DNA of 64,000 nt from Planctomycetota bacterium. GTDB lineage: Bacteria; Planctomycetota; OFTM77. The notes under the pieces were generated by a model. It had not been told where the DNA came from. It made no database searches and saw nothing but the letters and a program-made list of their open reading frames with translations. This document shows positions 44,341 to 55,100 of this stretch, one piece after another (the first letter of the stretch is position 1; each line of letters starts with the position of its first letter). The DNA lies in NCBI GenBank assembly GCA_040219065.1, contig JAVJTD010000031.1:32236-96235 (forward strand). Direction: 5' to 3'. Both the position numbers and the translations under genes were made by a program.

Positions 44341-45348
44341 ATGAACTGGCTCCTCGCAATGAGCCTCACCTGGATCCCCGTCCCACAAGAACACATTCGC
44401 CACATCGACCTCTACGGACGCCGCACGGTGGAGGCTTCCGCGGTGAACGCAGCCCTCGGAGTGATGCCGGGCGTCCCGGCCGACTTCGATCGAGATGCGG
44501 CTCGCGAGCGTTTGTGCGCGATCGACGGAATCGAAGACGCCAAGCTGATCCTGATGCTGATTCCTGGGAACGAGATCTTGCTCGTCGGTTTGAAAGAGAC
44601 GGGAGCGCCCGAGGCGAGCTACCGAACCGAGCCGAGCGGAGAGGCCCGGCTGCCCGAGGACATCATTCGACTGTATGACGAGATCCAGGCCGAATCCCTG
44701 AATGGCATCCGCAAAGGCATCTCCGCCGAGGATCGAACGGATGGCTACGCGCTGTCCCGCTACGAGCCCGCTCGAAAAAGGGAGCAGGAGCTCCGCGATC
44801 GATCGCGGGCGATGGGCCCGTTGCTTCATGAAGTCCTGCGCGACTCGGGCGACGCACGGCATCGCGCCGTCGCGGCCAAGGCAATCGCGTACCTGCCCAA
44901 CAAGGCCGAGACCGTGCCTTCGCTTGCGGCTGCTATTCGAGACTCCGACGCGACCGTCCGCAACAACGCGATTCGATCGCTCATGGTCCTCGCCGATTGG
45001 GCGAACGGACGAGAGGACTTCGCGGTGGAGCTCGACTTCGCGCCCCTGATCACCCTGCTCGAGTCCTTGGAATGGACCGACCGCAACAAGGCAGCCGCCC
45101 TGCTCCATGCTTTGACCCTCTCCCGAGACTCGAAGCTATTGAGCGCCTTGAGATCCCGGTCGATTCCCGCGCTGACGGAGATGGCGCGTTGGCATTCTTC
45201 CGGACACGCCTTCACCTCCACGATGATCCTCGGCCGCCTGGCCGGCCTCGAAGACGAGCAGATCCAGAAAGAGCTGCGCGAGGTCAAGTCGGATGATACG
45301 GCGCGTCAGCGCTGGATCACCGAGCTTGCCAGACGGGCGCACGGGTAA
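44341..45348 (+). CDS. HEAT/PBS-lyase-like repeat protein
   Basis: Repeated helical units (ARHRAVAAKAIAYL, DATVRNNAIRSLMVLA, DRNKAAALLHAL). Function unknown. Confidence 0.5.
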   Translation: MNWLLAMSLTWIPVPQEHIRHIDLYGRRTVEASAVNAALGVMPGVPADFDRDAARERLCAIDGIEDAKLILMLIPGNEILLVGLKETGAPEASYRTEPSGEARLPEDIIRLYDEIQAESLNGIRKGISAEDRTDGYALSRYEPARKREQELRDRSRAMGPLLHEVLRDSGDARHRAVAAKAIAYLPNKAETVPSLAAAIRDSDATVRNNAIRSLMVLADWANGREDFAVELDFAPLITLLESLEWTDRNKAAALLHALTLSRDSKLLSALRSRSIPALTEMARWHSSGHAFTSTMILGRLAGLEDEQIQKELREVKSDDTARQRWITELARRAHG

Positions 45349-45505
45349 GCTCATTTGAAACAATGATTCCACTCGCGTTCTCGCGGCTCCCGTTCGAGAG
45401 TCGACTCAGGAGATGAAGCGCCCTAACGATGGACGCTGGCTGGGTCGACAGGACCGGTACAAGTGACCGGTTCCCGAACCGACCGGCAAGAATGGGAGAC
45501 GTTCA

Positions 45506-46308
45506 ATGATGGCGATCCAAAATACTGTTCGCCTGGCGAGCATGCTCCTCGCGATGACGGGATGGGCGGCGGCCGGCACCCTCCACGTCGATGCGAATTA
45601 CCCTGGCTGTCCGGGCACCGGGGTACCCGGAGACTCCTTCTGTCTCATTCAAGACGCGATCAATGTCGCCAGTAACGGGGACGTGATCCTCGTTCGGCCG
45701 GGCACGTACTTCGAGTCCTCGGACTATCTCGGGAAGACGATCGAGGTCCGGAGCACGCTCGGGGCCACGATGACGCGCATCCAAGGCAACCCGGGCGGCG
45801 CGGTCGTCAGCATCATCATCAGTGGCGAAGGACCCCAGACGCTCCTCCAAGGCTTCGAGATCACCGGAGGCCGCTCCGGGATCGTGATCCTGGGCAGCTC
45901 CCCGAGGATCCGACTCAACTGGATCCACGGAAACAGTCCTTCATAGGCAACCCTGTTCCGGGCGGTGCCCCCGTTTACTTCGAGGCCTCGGCTCTGGGCC
46001 AAACCGGTTGCGCTTCCGAGGTCGTCGTGAGCCTCGGCAACGGAGGATCCGGTGGGATTCTCGTCCCGGGCTCGGCCGGTCGCCGGCTGGACCTCGACGC
46101 CGATGTCGTCGCAGGCATTTGGCTGGGCCTTCCCCAACCCGTGCGTCGCGCAACGCTATCGGGCTGCATGCCCGCCTCGACGAGCGCGTTCGCGATCCCG
46201 GCGAGCGTGCCGGTCGGGGTGACGATTCACTACGCCGGCTTCAGTTGGGATCCGTTCACCACGACCATCTACTCCCTGTCGGAGACGCGCGCGATCACGA
46301 CACGCTGA
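45506..46308 (+). pseudogene. possible frameshifted right-handed beta-helix (pectate-lyase-like) secreted protein
   Basis: ORF 45506..45946 has a signal peptide and beta-helix N-terminus and stops abruptly. A plausible continuation (GNGGSGGILVPGSAG...) is in another frame at 46027..46308. Confidence 0.3.
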
Positions 46309-46366
46309 GAATGACGGCCGGCTCGAGAGATCGCTCTCCCGAGCCGGCCGCCTTCCGTTCGAGGAT

Positions 46367-47680
46367 CTAGTTCTCGAAGACGACGTTCGTGACGATGGCC
46401 TGGCCGATGCAACGGCCCTGATCCACGCCCAGCTCGCAAGCGGGCCGATAATGGATACCGCCATAGAGCCTCGAGATGGCCGCCTCGTTCGCGGCTTGCT
46501 CGAAGGACACGTAGGTCTCGGGATCGAAGCCGCGGTCGACGTGCGTGTCATCCTCGAAAGGGAGGAACGCCCCGAACTGATCGGTCAGCACGGTCGACGC
46601 GGCGCCCGATTGCACCGAGTGCCCGGAGGTGTATTCGGGGAACGGCGGCGTACCGACCGGAGACACCCAGGCGCCATCGATGAAGTTCTGAATGTAGGTG
46701 ACCGGACGCAGCAGGTTGATGTCGTACTTCGAGTACCAGCACGCGACGAACGCGTCATGGACCGCGAGACCGACGCGTGCGTAAGCTTCCGCAGCGACGG
46801 CAAGCGAATAGTCGTACTGCGTGACGACGTCGTCGACGATCGCCATCCAATGCCCCGGCGGCGTACCGGTCTGGCCCGGATTGTCCGCCCAATATTCGGC
46901 GATCAACATTTGCTCCGGCGTCGCATTGTTGACGGTCTCGTACACCTCGAGCGAGTCCTGATAGAAGCGAGACGACGGCGACTCGGAGTACAGGCTGGGG
47001 ATGGGAGCCTCGCAGGCATTGGCCGCGCCGAGCACGAAGGTTCGGATCTGTCCCCAGCACGGCTGGAGGGCCGGCGCGAATGCGGGTGGCGTGGGCTCCC
47101 AGAGGCCCGGTCCGACGGGCGGCGTATAGTCACAGTTGTTGAACTCGTCGTAACCGTCGGTGGCCGCCCAGGCGAGGATCGCGTCGCCGAGGGCGCGGCC
47201 GTACTCCCGGGACCGATCCGCGACACCCGCATCGACGTCGTCACGGTCGGACTCGATCTGCGTCTCGAGCGCAGCGATGGAGTCCGACGAAGTGGCCGGG
47301 AAGAGACCCGAGAGGATGCGAGCCAGAGCCGCGTTGGCGACCAGCTCCCATTGGTAGGTCTGACCGTCCTCGGGACGCGGAAGCGACGTCAGCTCGTTGA
47401 GCTGCCCGACCAGCGAGCGATGCTTGGGCATTCCTGCAACGACGGCTTCGTAGAGCCCCACGCCTGCGTAGCCGAAGATGCGCGCCGCGACCGGAGGCGT
47501 GAGCCCCTCTTCGCGAACACGATCGTACTGAAGGTTGCCCCAAGCCGTGGCCACGACTCCGTTATACTCGCTGGTACGCGTGGAGCTGGCCGGAACGAAG
47601 GAGCTCGAAGACGAGCCCGAGCACGCTTGGAAGAGAACAACAGCCAGGACGAGCCCGGCGAGTCGGATGCTGCGATGCAT
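46367..47680 (-). CDS. PAP2-superfamily / vanadium-haloperoxidase-like lipoprotein
   Basis: Lipobox VLFQACSGS. PAP2 motifs KYDINLLRP, PEYTSGHS and SRLYGGIHYR. Confidence 0.65.
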   Translation of the reverse strand: MHRSIRLAGLVLAVVLFQACSGSSSSSFVPASSTRTSEYNGVVATAWGNLQYDRVREEGLTPPVAARIFGYAGVGLYEAVVAGMPKHRSLVGQLNELTSLPRPEDGQTYQWELVANAALARILSGLFPATSSDSIAALETQIESDRDDVDAGVADRSREYGRALGDAILAWAATDGYDEFNNCDYTPPVGPGLWEPTPPAFAPALQPCWGQIRTFVLGAANACEAPIPSLYSESPSSRFYQDSLEVYETVNNATPEQMLIAEYWADNPGQTGTPPGHWMAIVDDVVTQYDYSLAVAAEAYARVGLAVHDAFVACWYSKYDINLLRPVTYIQNFIDGAWVSPVGTPPFPEYTSGHSVQSGAASTVLTDQFGAFLPFEDDTHVDRGFDPETYVSFEQAANEAAISRLYGGIHYRPACELGVDQGRCIGQAIVTNVVFEN

Positions 47681-47942
47681 GTGTGAGTGATCCTCGAATA
47701 ACTGGAGACCTTTTCGCCGGGCACACGCCTAGGGGGGACGGCTGGTGTTTCCTGGACCCGGCCGGACGGCAAGCAGCGCCCGGTGGCAACCGACACCTCA
47801 AACGGAGGACCATTCGCTCGAGCGCGTGTAAGTCGAAGAAAACCGAAGGGTGAGAGGCGGCCCGCTCGCAAGAGTCACGACCGGTGTCGTTCCCGCCATG
47901 AGCCGAGGAGCACTTCCAGACTGAGGAATCGGGAGTCGAACT

Positions 47943-48545
47943 TCAGCCGCCATCTTGGGCGAGTCGCCCCTCCAAACGCCGCTTCGCCTCTGGCCACTCG
48001 TCGTCGAGGAGGCTGTAGTAGACGGTGTCTCGCATGCGGCCTCTCTCAGTGAGCATGTGCTTTCGGAGGATGCCTTCCTCTTTCGCACCCAGCCGCTGGA
48101 TGGCGCGGCGAGACTTGTCATTGAGGGCGTCGGTCTTGAGCTCGACGCGGGTGCAGCCGAGCACTTCGATGGCATGAGTGAGCATCAGGAGCTTGGCCTC
48201 GGTGTTCACCGCGGTGCGTTGCCAAGGCGGCGCGATCCAGGTCCAGCCGATCTCGACGCGGCGATGCTCGAGGGCGATCGCCCCGAATCGCGTGGAGCCG
48301 ACGACCTGGCCGGTCTCTGTGAGAGTCGTCGCGAACGGCAAGGCACTGCCAGCGGCGCGGCTCCGCAAGGCTTCAGCGACATAGGCCTGCATGTCCTCGC
48401 GCGTTCGCAGGGTCTTGCCCGTCCAGCGCCAGATCTCGGGATCACTCCCGACCTCCCACAAGGCGTCCACATGACCTTCGGTCAATGGCACCAGGGTCAC
48501 GATCCGGCCGGCGAGGGTGACGGGCTCTGGGGTGGTCCCTTTCAT
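47943..48545 (-). CDS. GNAT-family N-acetyltransferase (RimJ/RimL-like)
   Basis: EIGWTWIAPPWQRTAVNTEAKLLMLTHAIEVLGCTRVELKTDALNDKSRRAIQRLGA. Confidence 0.7.
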   Translation of the reverse strand: MKGTTPEPVTLAGRIVTLVPLTEGHVDALWEVGSDPEIWRWTGKTLRTREDMQAYVAEALRSRAAGSALPFATTLTETGQVVGSTRFGAIALEHRRVEIGWTWIAPPWQRTAVNTEAKLLMLTHAIEVLGCTRVELKTDALNDKSRRAIQRLGAKEEGILRKHMLTERGRMRDTVYYSLLDDEWPEAKRRLEGRLAQDGG

Positions 48546-48595
48546 GTCAACAGCGCCCCCGGCGCGGCTGGTGGTGAAACGTGCTCGATTGCATC

Positions 48596-48815
48596 GGAGT
48601 GCCCAAGCCGAGCGAGCCGGTGACCGCGTCCGAGCGAGCTTGGGCCCGGGCGCACCGAGCCGGCAAGAAGTGCATTCCGAATGGCCCCTCGCTCGGCACC
48701 TTTCCGCTCGATCGGTGGCACCGTCGAGGAAGCCGCTCCCAGCTCGGTGACTGCTACCCGTTTCGGTCGTGCGGGCTCTGGTTTCGTTCGCGCGGGATTT
48801 GGTCTCATCTCAGCT
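48596..48815. repeat. about 240-nt repeated intergenic element, copy 2
   Basis: Aligns block-wise with 25559..25800 in the same orientation. Its 3' end abuts or overlaps the decarboxylase stop. Confidence 0.6.
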
Positions 48816-50312
48816 CTTCTCCTGCTCGAGCTCGGTCGCGATCCGATCTCCGGTCTCTTCGAGGGCGTCTGTGAACACGTCGAAGTCCTCGAGCCGGCTC
48901 CGGTGATTGCAGATGCAGATACGGATCGTGAACCGGCCGTGCAGCTTCGTCGACGACGGAATTGCGAGACCACTCTCCTGGATCCTCATCAGCAGCTCCA
49001 GGTTGATCGCATCCGATCGCTCGCCGTCGAGATTCCCCGGATCGTAACGGAACGCCACGACGTTCAGCCCCACTGGCGCCACTCGCCGCAGCTTCCTTGA
49101 TCGATCGACGCGGTCCGCGAAGTACCTCGCCTGACGCGAGTTCTGGGTGACGATTCGGCCCAGCGTCTCGAAGCCCTGCTCCTTGATGAGGAGCCACACC
49201 TTGAGCGCCTTGAACGCACGCGAGAGCTGAAGCCCCCGCTCGTGGGCGACCTCCGACCAGGCCCCCGTGCCGCGCGTGAGTATTTGAAGATAGTTGGCAT
49301 CGGTCGCAAATGAGTGGACGTGCGCGGCGCGATCGCGTATCAGCACGCAGCCCGCCTCGTAGGGGATGTTCATCCACTTGTGGAAATCGAAGGCCAAGGA
49401 ATCGGCCCGCTCCATCCCCGAGACCGCGTCCTTCAGCTCGGGCGAGAGCGCGGCCATCGCACCGAAGGCCCCGTCGACATGCAGCCAGAGGCGCTCTGAC
49501 CTGGCGTGGTCGGCGAGGGCGTTCAGGTCGTCGACGGCACCGGTGTTGATGGTGCCGGCATTGCCGACGATGGCCACCGGGCGCATTCCCGCCGCTCGGT
49601 CCGCGGCCAGGCGATCCCTCAGATCCCGAAGGTCGATCCGAAACTGCTCGTCGACCGCGATCCACCGCAAGGCCTCTCGCCCCATCCCCAGCATTCGCAC
49701 GGCCTTCATCACGGACGAGTGCGTCTCCCTCGAGGCGTAGACCGTCAAGAGGCCCGGCTCGGCGCCGATCCCGTGCTCGGCGACGTCGTAACCGGCCATC
49801 TGATCGCGCGCGCAGGTCAGCCCCACGAGGTTCGCGACCGACCCGCCGCTCGTCAACGTGCCCGAGACCTCCGCGGGGAAGCCAAAGGCATCCTTCATCC
49901 AATCGACGACCTGACGGTCGACCCGAGAAGAAGCGTCATTGAAGTGGCCGGTCATCGCGTTGAGCCCGCCCGAGAGCATCTCGGCGACGAGCGTGAGCGG
50001 CGTGCCGGCGCCTCCGGCCCAACCCCAGAATCGCGGATGGCGATTGCCGGTCGGGTAAGGCCACACCCATTCGAGAAAGTCCTCGTAAGCGGCTTCGGCG
50101 CCCTGGCCTTTCATCGGCCGCTCGGTGCGGAGCGCCGCCTCGACGCTCTTCGGAATCGGCCGCCAGGCCGGTTGGTCCCGAACGAATTGCTGCCCGTCGA
50201 TCATCTGGTCGAGGGCCCGATGGGCGAGGGCTCGGAAGGCATCCCAGTCCTTCGGGTCGAGATCGACCTCGTCACAGGACGGCTCAGGGACTCGGGGCGG
50301 AAGGATCGACAT
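48810..50312 (-). CDS. group II pyridoxal-dependent decarboxylase (aromatic amino acid / diaminobutyrate decarboxylase family)
   Basis: PLP-lysine region SLAFDFHKWMNIPYEAGCV and N-terminal DDC-type domain. The start is set at MSILPP, rejecting the 42-aa upstream extension. Confidence 0.8.
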   Translation of the reverse strand: MSILPPRVPEPSCDEVDLDPKDWDAFRALAHRALDQMIDGQQFVRDQPAWRPIPKSVEAALRTERPMKGQGAEAAYEDFLEWVWPYPTGNRHPRFWGWAGGAGTPLTLVAEMLSGGLNAMTGHFNDASSRVDRQVVDWMKDAFGFPAEVSGTLTSGGSVANLVGLTCARDQMAGYDVAEHGIGAEPGLLTVYASRETHSSVMKAVRMLGMGREALRWIAVDEQFRIDLRDLRDRLAADRAAGMRPVAIVGNAGTINTGAVDDLNALADHARSERLWLHVDGAFGAMAALSPELKDAVSGMERADSLAFDFHKWMNIPYEAGCVLIRDRAAHVHSFATDANYLQILTRGTGAWSEVAHERGLQLSRAFKALKVWLLIKEQGFETLGRIVTQNSRQARYFADRVDRSRKLRRVAPVGLNVVAFRYDPGNLDGERSDAINLELLMRIQESGLAIPSSTKLHGRFTIRICICNHRSRLEDFDVFTDALEETGDRIATELEQEKS

Positions 50313-50437
50313 GGGAAAGCTCCTGGCGAGGCTCGATTGAGTTGCTACAATCCGAGCGATTGAGAGAGGTCGGAAGTGATCAATGCCACTTCTATCGCTT
50401 GATCTCACGCCGTCAACAGAAACATTGGATCGATACA

Positions 50438-51832
50438 ATGTGGACCCCTGATCTCGAATCCTCTGCTGGACCTCGGTACCTCGCCTTGGCCGATGCCATC
50501 GCCCGCGACATCGCCTCCGGTACGCTTCGCCACGGTGAGCGGCTGCCGACCCACCGAGAGCTCGCCGACCGGCTGGGTATCACCGTCGGCACCGTGACCC
50601 GCGGCTTCGCCGAGGCCGAGCGCCGAGGTCTGACCGTCGGTGAGGTCGGACGAGGTACCTTCGTTCGCGAGGCCGAGGAGAGCATCGCCTGGTTCGGGTC
50701 CGACGAGTCCCGGCGCGAGGGCTTGCTGGAGATGAGCCTGGCAATGCCCTGGCGGCTAGAGGGCGGCGCCGAAGATCGGGCGCTCGCCGAGTCCCTGGCG
50801 ACATTGTCTCGGTGCCGGGATCTCGGACGGCTGCTCCAATACGACCCGGATACCGCGAATCTCGAGCAACGGCGCCGGGCCAGCGAGTGGCTGCGTGGGA
50901 TGCAGGTGCCGGCGAGCCCAGAGAGCCTGATCGTGACGAGCGGCGTGCAGCACGGATTGACCGTCCTCCTCTGCACCATTCTCCGCCCCGGCGACACGCT
51001 CCTGGCCGAAGAGGTGACCTACCCGGCGGTGAAGTCCTTGTCCCAAGCACTGGGCCTGTCGATCCGAGGCGTTGCGATGGACGAGGGCGGGATGATTCCG
51101 GATGCGCTGGATCGGGCCTGCCGCGAGGGCTCTCCGCGTGCGGTCTACCTGATGCCCAACCTGCAGAACCCGACCGGGATCCGCCTCGGCGAGGAGCGTC
51201 GCGAAGCGATCGCCGACATCGCGCGCGAGCATGGTATTTGGATCATCGAGGACGAGGTGCATCGCACGGCCGCGGGTCCGAAGGAAGTGCCGATCGCGGC
51301 CCGCGCGCCGGAGCGGACGTTTCACCTGACCAGCCTCTCGAAGTCGGTCGCCTTCGGCCTGCGAGTCGGGTTCCTCGTCGCGCCCGAGTCGATGGTCGAT
51401 CGCCTGCGCGCCGGTGTGCGCACGACGCTCTGGATGCCGCCGCCGCTGATGGTCGAGATCGCGACGCGCTGGCTGGCCGACGGAACGGCCCTGTCGCTCG
51501 GCGAGCGGCGGGATGAGGAGATGGCGGCGCGGCACGAGATTCTCAGGCGAGAGCTGGGAGAGATCGCGAGCACACCCACAGGTGAGCCGTCGATCTACGT
51601 GTGGATGCGCCTCCCCGAGCCCTGGCGCGGCGAGGAGTTCGTCGCACAGGCGAAGCAGCGAGGCGTCCGGCTGGCCGGCTCCGAGACGTTCGCGGTCGGC
51701 CAAAGGAACGTGCCCCACGCCGTGCGCATCAGCGTCTCGTCGATCGAGAAGCGCGACGACTTCGAGCGCGCCGTCTCGGTCATCGCCGAGCTACTCCAAG
51801 GCCGCGCCGACGCCTGCCTCGACATCGTGTGA
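50438..51832 (+). CDS. MocR/GabR-family regulator (GntR wHTH fused to aminotransferase-like domain)
   Basis: GERLPTHRELADRLGITVGTVTRGF wHTH followed by a class I aminotransferase fold with the PLP-lysine region SLSKSV. It lies divergent from the decarboxylase. Confidence 0.8.
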   Translation: MWTPDLESSAGPRYLALADAIARDIASGTLRHGERLPTHRELADRLGITVGTVTRGFAEAERRGLTVGEVGRGTFVREAEESIAWFGSDESRREGLLEMSLAMPWRLEGGAEDRALAESLATLSRCRDLGRLLQYDPDTANLEQRRRASEWLRGMQVPASPESLIVTSGVQHGLTVLLCTILRPGDTLLAEEVTYPAVKSLSQALGLSIRGVAMDEGGMIPDALDRACREGSPRAVYLMPNLQNPTGIRLGEERREAIADIAREHGIWIIEDEVHRTAAGPKEVPIAARAPERTFHLTSLSKSVAFGLRVGFLVAPESMVDRLRAGVRTTLWMPPPLMVEIATRWLADGTALSLGERRDEEMAARHEILRRELGEIASTPTGEPSIYVWMRLPEPWRGEEFVAQAKQRGVRLAGSETFAVGQRNVPHAVRISVSSIEKRDDFERAVSVIAELLQGRADACLDIV

Positions 51833-51834
51833 GT

Positions 51835-52135
51835 TGGCAATCCGTTCCCGGCACAAATGGCCCACTTTGGCGATCGAGCGCCTGCAATGTTGGCAATCCG
51901 TTCCCGGCACAAATGGCCCACTTTGGCGATCGAGCGCCACCATTGCCCCTGCCTGACCACTTGGCATTTGCGAGAACAAAGGCACCAAGGACCCTCCTCG
52001 ATGTCCCACTCTGTCCAGCAAAGTGGGCCATTCGTGCCGGGAACAAAGTGCTCACTTTAAAAAGTGGGCCATTCGTGCCGGGAACAAAGTGCTCACTTTC
52101 AAAAGTGGGCCATTCGTGCCGGGAACAGAGTGCTC
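51835..52135. repeat. intergenic repeat array: 2 direct 50-nt units plus 3 inverted 41-nt units sharing a roughly 25-nt core
   Basis: GTTGGCAATCCGTTCCCGGCACAAATGGCCCACTTTGGCGATCGAGCGCC twice (51835..51884 and 51891..51940), then AAAGTGGGCCATTCGTGCCGGGAACAAAGTGCTCACTTT three times (52019..52135). The cores are reverse complements. Confidence 0.8.
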
Positions 52136-55100
52136 ACTCGCCGCCGGTGGCGCCTAGCTCGTGAAGGGCGACGTAGTCGAGGCCGAACATGTAGGCCTTC
52201 ACGGCGTCGGGGTGCGCGCCGGTGATCTCGACCACCAGGCGGTGCTCGCCTTCAGTCAGCTCGATCCCCTTGAAGGTCAGGACGCCAGTCGTGATGACAT
52301 CGGGGTCGTTGTACAGATCGATCGGGCCGCCTAGCCTTTGATCGTCGATCGCGAGCTGCACGATGCCGTAATCGCGCGCCCGCGTCATGACCAGGTCGAC
52401 GTCGTACGTGCCGCTCTTCGAGACGGGCACCGCCAGCTCGAGACGATCGCCCGGCTTCGCGCCCGTCCACCACAGATGATCGGCATGGCTCCACTTGTCG
52501 GCCGGGAACCCACCCATCGCCTGGCTCGTGGCCTTGCCCGCCGACTTCGAAAGCACCTTCATCGACTCGCCTTCGATCGCTCCCTTCACGATGCCCGTCT
52601 TCGGGTCGATCGGTGACCGCGCGCCTCGGACGGGCACTTGGACGGGCCTGCGGAGGTAGGCGACCAGGTCAACGACGTCGCGGTCGGAGAGGGGCTCGAG
52701 CAATCCTTCGGGCATGACCGAGATGTTCTGGAGCTGCCGATCCTCGATCTCGCTCTTCGGCACGACGACGGTGTCATTGAGCGTTCGCAGCGTCAACGCG
52801 CTGTCGGTCTCCTTGCGGAGCAAGCCCGAGACGATGCGGCCGTCCTCCAGCCAAGCGACGGTCGAGCGATAGTCATTGCCGAGCACCGCGCTCGGATCGA
52901 ACACGTTCTCGAGCAGGTAATCGAGGTCCGAGCGGTTCGAGCCCGTGATGTCGGGGCCGACGTCCTCGCCCTCCCCGAACAGCATGTGGCAAGTCGAGCA
53001 TGTCTCCTGGAAGAGCATCCGGCCGTGGCTCGGATCGGCGTCCTTCGCCTTCGCGACCAGCGCCTTCACCCGCTCGATGCCCGCCTTCTTCTCCTCCGAC
53101 GTCTCACGCACCTCGCCCCAGACCTTCGTGATGCGCTGATCGAGCTTCGCGTCGTTGAAGCTGCGGAGCTGACGCACATGATAGGCATGCAGATCACGGC
53201 TCGGGATCGTGCCCGCCTGAACAGCATCCAGCAGTGCGCCCGCATAGGCCGGGCGAGTCGTCAGGGCCGAGATCGCGTCGCGCTTTTCCGTCTGCGAGAG
53301 ATTGGCGTAATTGTCCAAGATCGCCTGCGGCGTCCCTGGATCCGACAATTGCGCGAGCGCCTTGAGCGCCGAGCCCCGCAATTGCCCGTTCCCCAGCACC
53401 TGCTGGAACGCCTTCGCCGCCTCGGGATCGCGCGCCTGCACCAGGAACTCGAGCGCCTGCTGACGCTTCTTCATGCCGGCCGACGCATCGGTCAAGACCG
53501 AGCGCAACCGCGGCAGGATCCTCTTGTCGCCGAAGGCGATCGCCACCTGATCGGCACGGTCCCGCACTTCGGCATCGGGATTGGCGAGGAGCGCCGCATA
53601 CGCCTTCTCCCAAGCTGGCGGCATCTCGAGATCCGCTCGTCCTTCGAACGCTTGCAGCATCTCGCCGAGGATCATCTTCCGCCGCGCATCATCCTTAGCC
53701 TCACCGAGGATCGCGACCACCGCATCGATCGCCCTGGGATCGGCTGCCGCCCGGCGAGTGATGAAGCGCGTCAGCAAAGGAATCTCGGAGCGCGTCGCCA
53801 GGCGCATCGCCCGGGCCGTGTCCTTCAAGACCAAAGGCTCGATGCCGTACCAGATCATCAGGGGAAGGTTGTGGTCCTCGGCGTCCTCGCCGTGCCCCGA
53901 CAGTGCCTCCGCGATCGTCCACCGCTGCTCGAGCGGCAAGCGCTGCAGCGCGCTGGTCAGCGCCAAGCGCACGACGGGAGAAGCGTCCTGAGCGGCCATC
54001 TTCTCGAGCTGCGCGAGGCCCTTCTCGTCGATTGTCCGATCCTCGAGATCGAGCTGGATCGCCCAAGCCCGCACGTCGGGCTCTGTGTCACCCCGCAGCT
54101 TTGCAAAGTCGCCGGCCGTCAGCTTCCCGATCGTATGCAGCGTCCAGATGGCCCGCAGTCTCAGCGGTACCGCGTTCGACGCATCGGCGATCTTCCAGAG
54201 CGCCGCCACGACCTCACCCGACAAGTTGCCCTGAGCCGCGCGCTGCTGCAGCTCCTTACGGCTCATGCGCGCGTGCCACTCGTTGGTGTGCTTCTGCAGC
54301 TCGGCGAGGGCGATGTCGTCCATCTTGGCGAGGTCGACCCTGCGCCTTTTCACGTCGCCATAGGTGACGTTGTAGACGCGCCCATTGGAGCGATCCCAGA
54401 TCTCGGGCGAGTTCCGGTGGCAGGCGTTCTTGTCGTACCAGTCGATCAGGTACACGCTGCCATCGGGTCCCGCTCGCAGGTTGATGCCGCGGAACCAGTG
54501 GTCATTGGCCATGAGGAAGTCCGGCGAATGCGTGCCGACGTAGCCGGATCCTTCGGGCACGAGCGCATCGCAGTTGATGCGATTGCCATGGATGTTCGAG
54601 AAGTAGAGCTGATTGCGATACTTCTCCGGCCAATTGTCGCCGAGGTAGATCATGGCGCCGCAATGCGCGTGACCACCGCCCGCGTCCGAGGTATTGGTCG
54701 GAATGCTTTCGGGCTCCTGCCCCCACCACGCGTGGTCGCCGATGTTGCCGGCGTAGTGTGCGTGATCGGCGATCGTCTTGATGTCGTCGAAGACGTACTG
54801 GTTGAAGTGCGTGCCGCCCTGCCTCTGATACCGCGCGCCTTGGATCACGTGGAAGAGGTGCGGAATCACGCAGGCCGTGATGAAGGCGTGCCCGCGGTCG
54901 TTGAAGTCGACGCCCCACGGATTGCTCGAGCCCCAGGCGAAGACCTCGAACTCATGTTTGATGGGATGATAACGCCACACTGCGGCATTCATCGGCGTGC
55001 GATCGGCGTCCTTCGTGCCCGGCTTACCCACCTTCGAATGCGTGAACACCCCGTGGCAGCCGTACAGCCAGCCGTCGGGGCCCCAATTGAACGCGTTCAG

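Noticed and set aside
51835-52135. Possible CRISPR array.
   Set aside because: Only five repeat units, in two orientations, with units directly abutting (2 to 6 nt between copies) rather than separated by unique spacers of regular length. No cas genes in the window.
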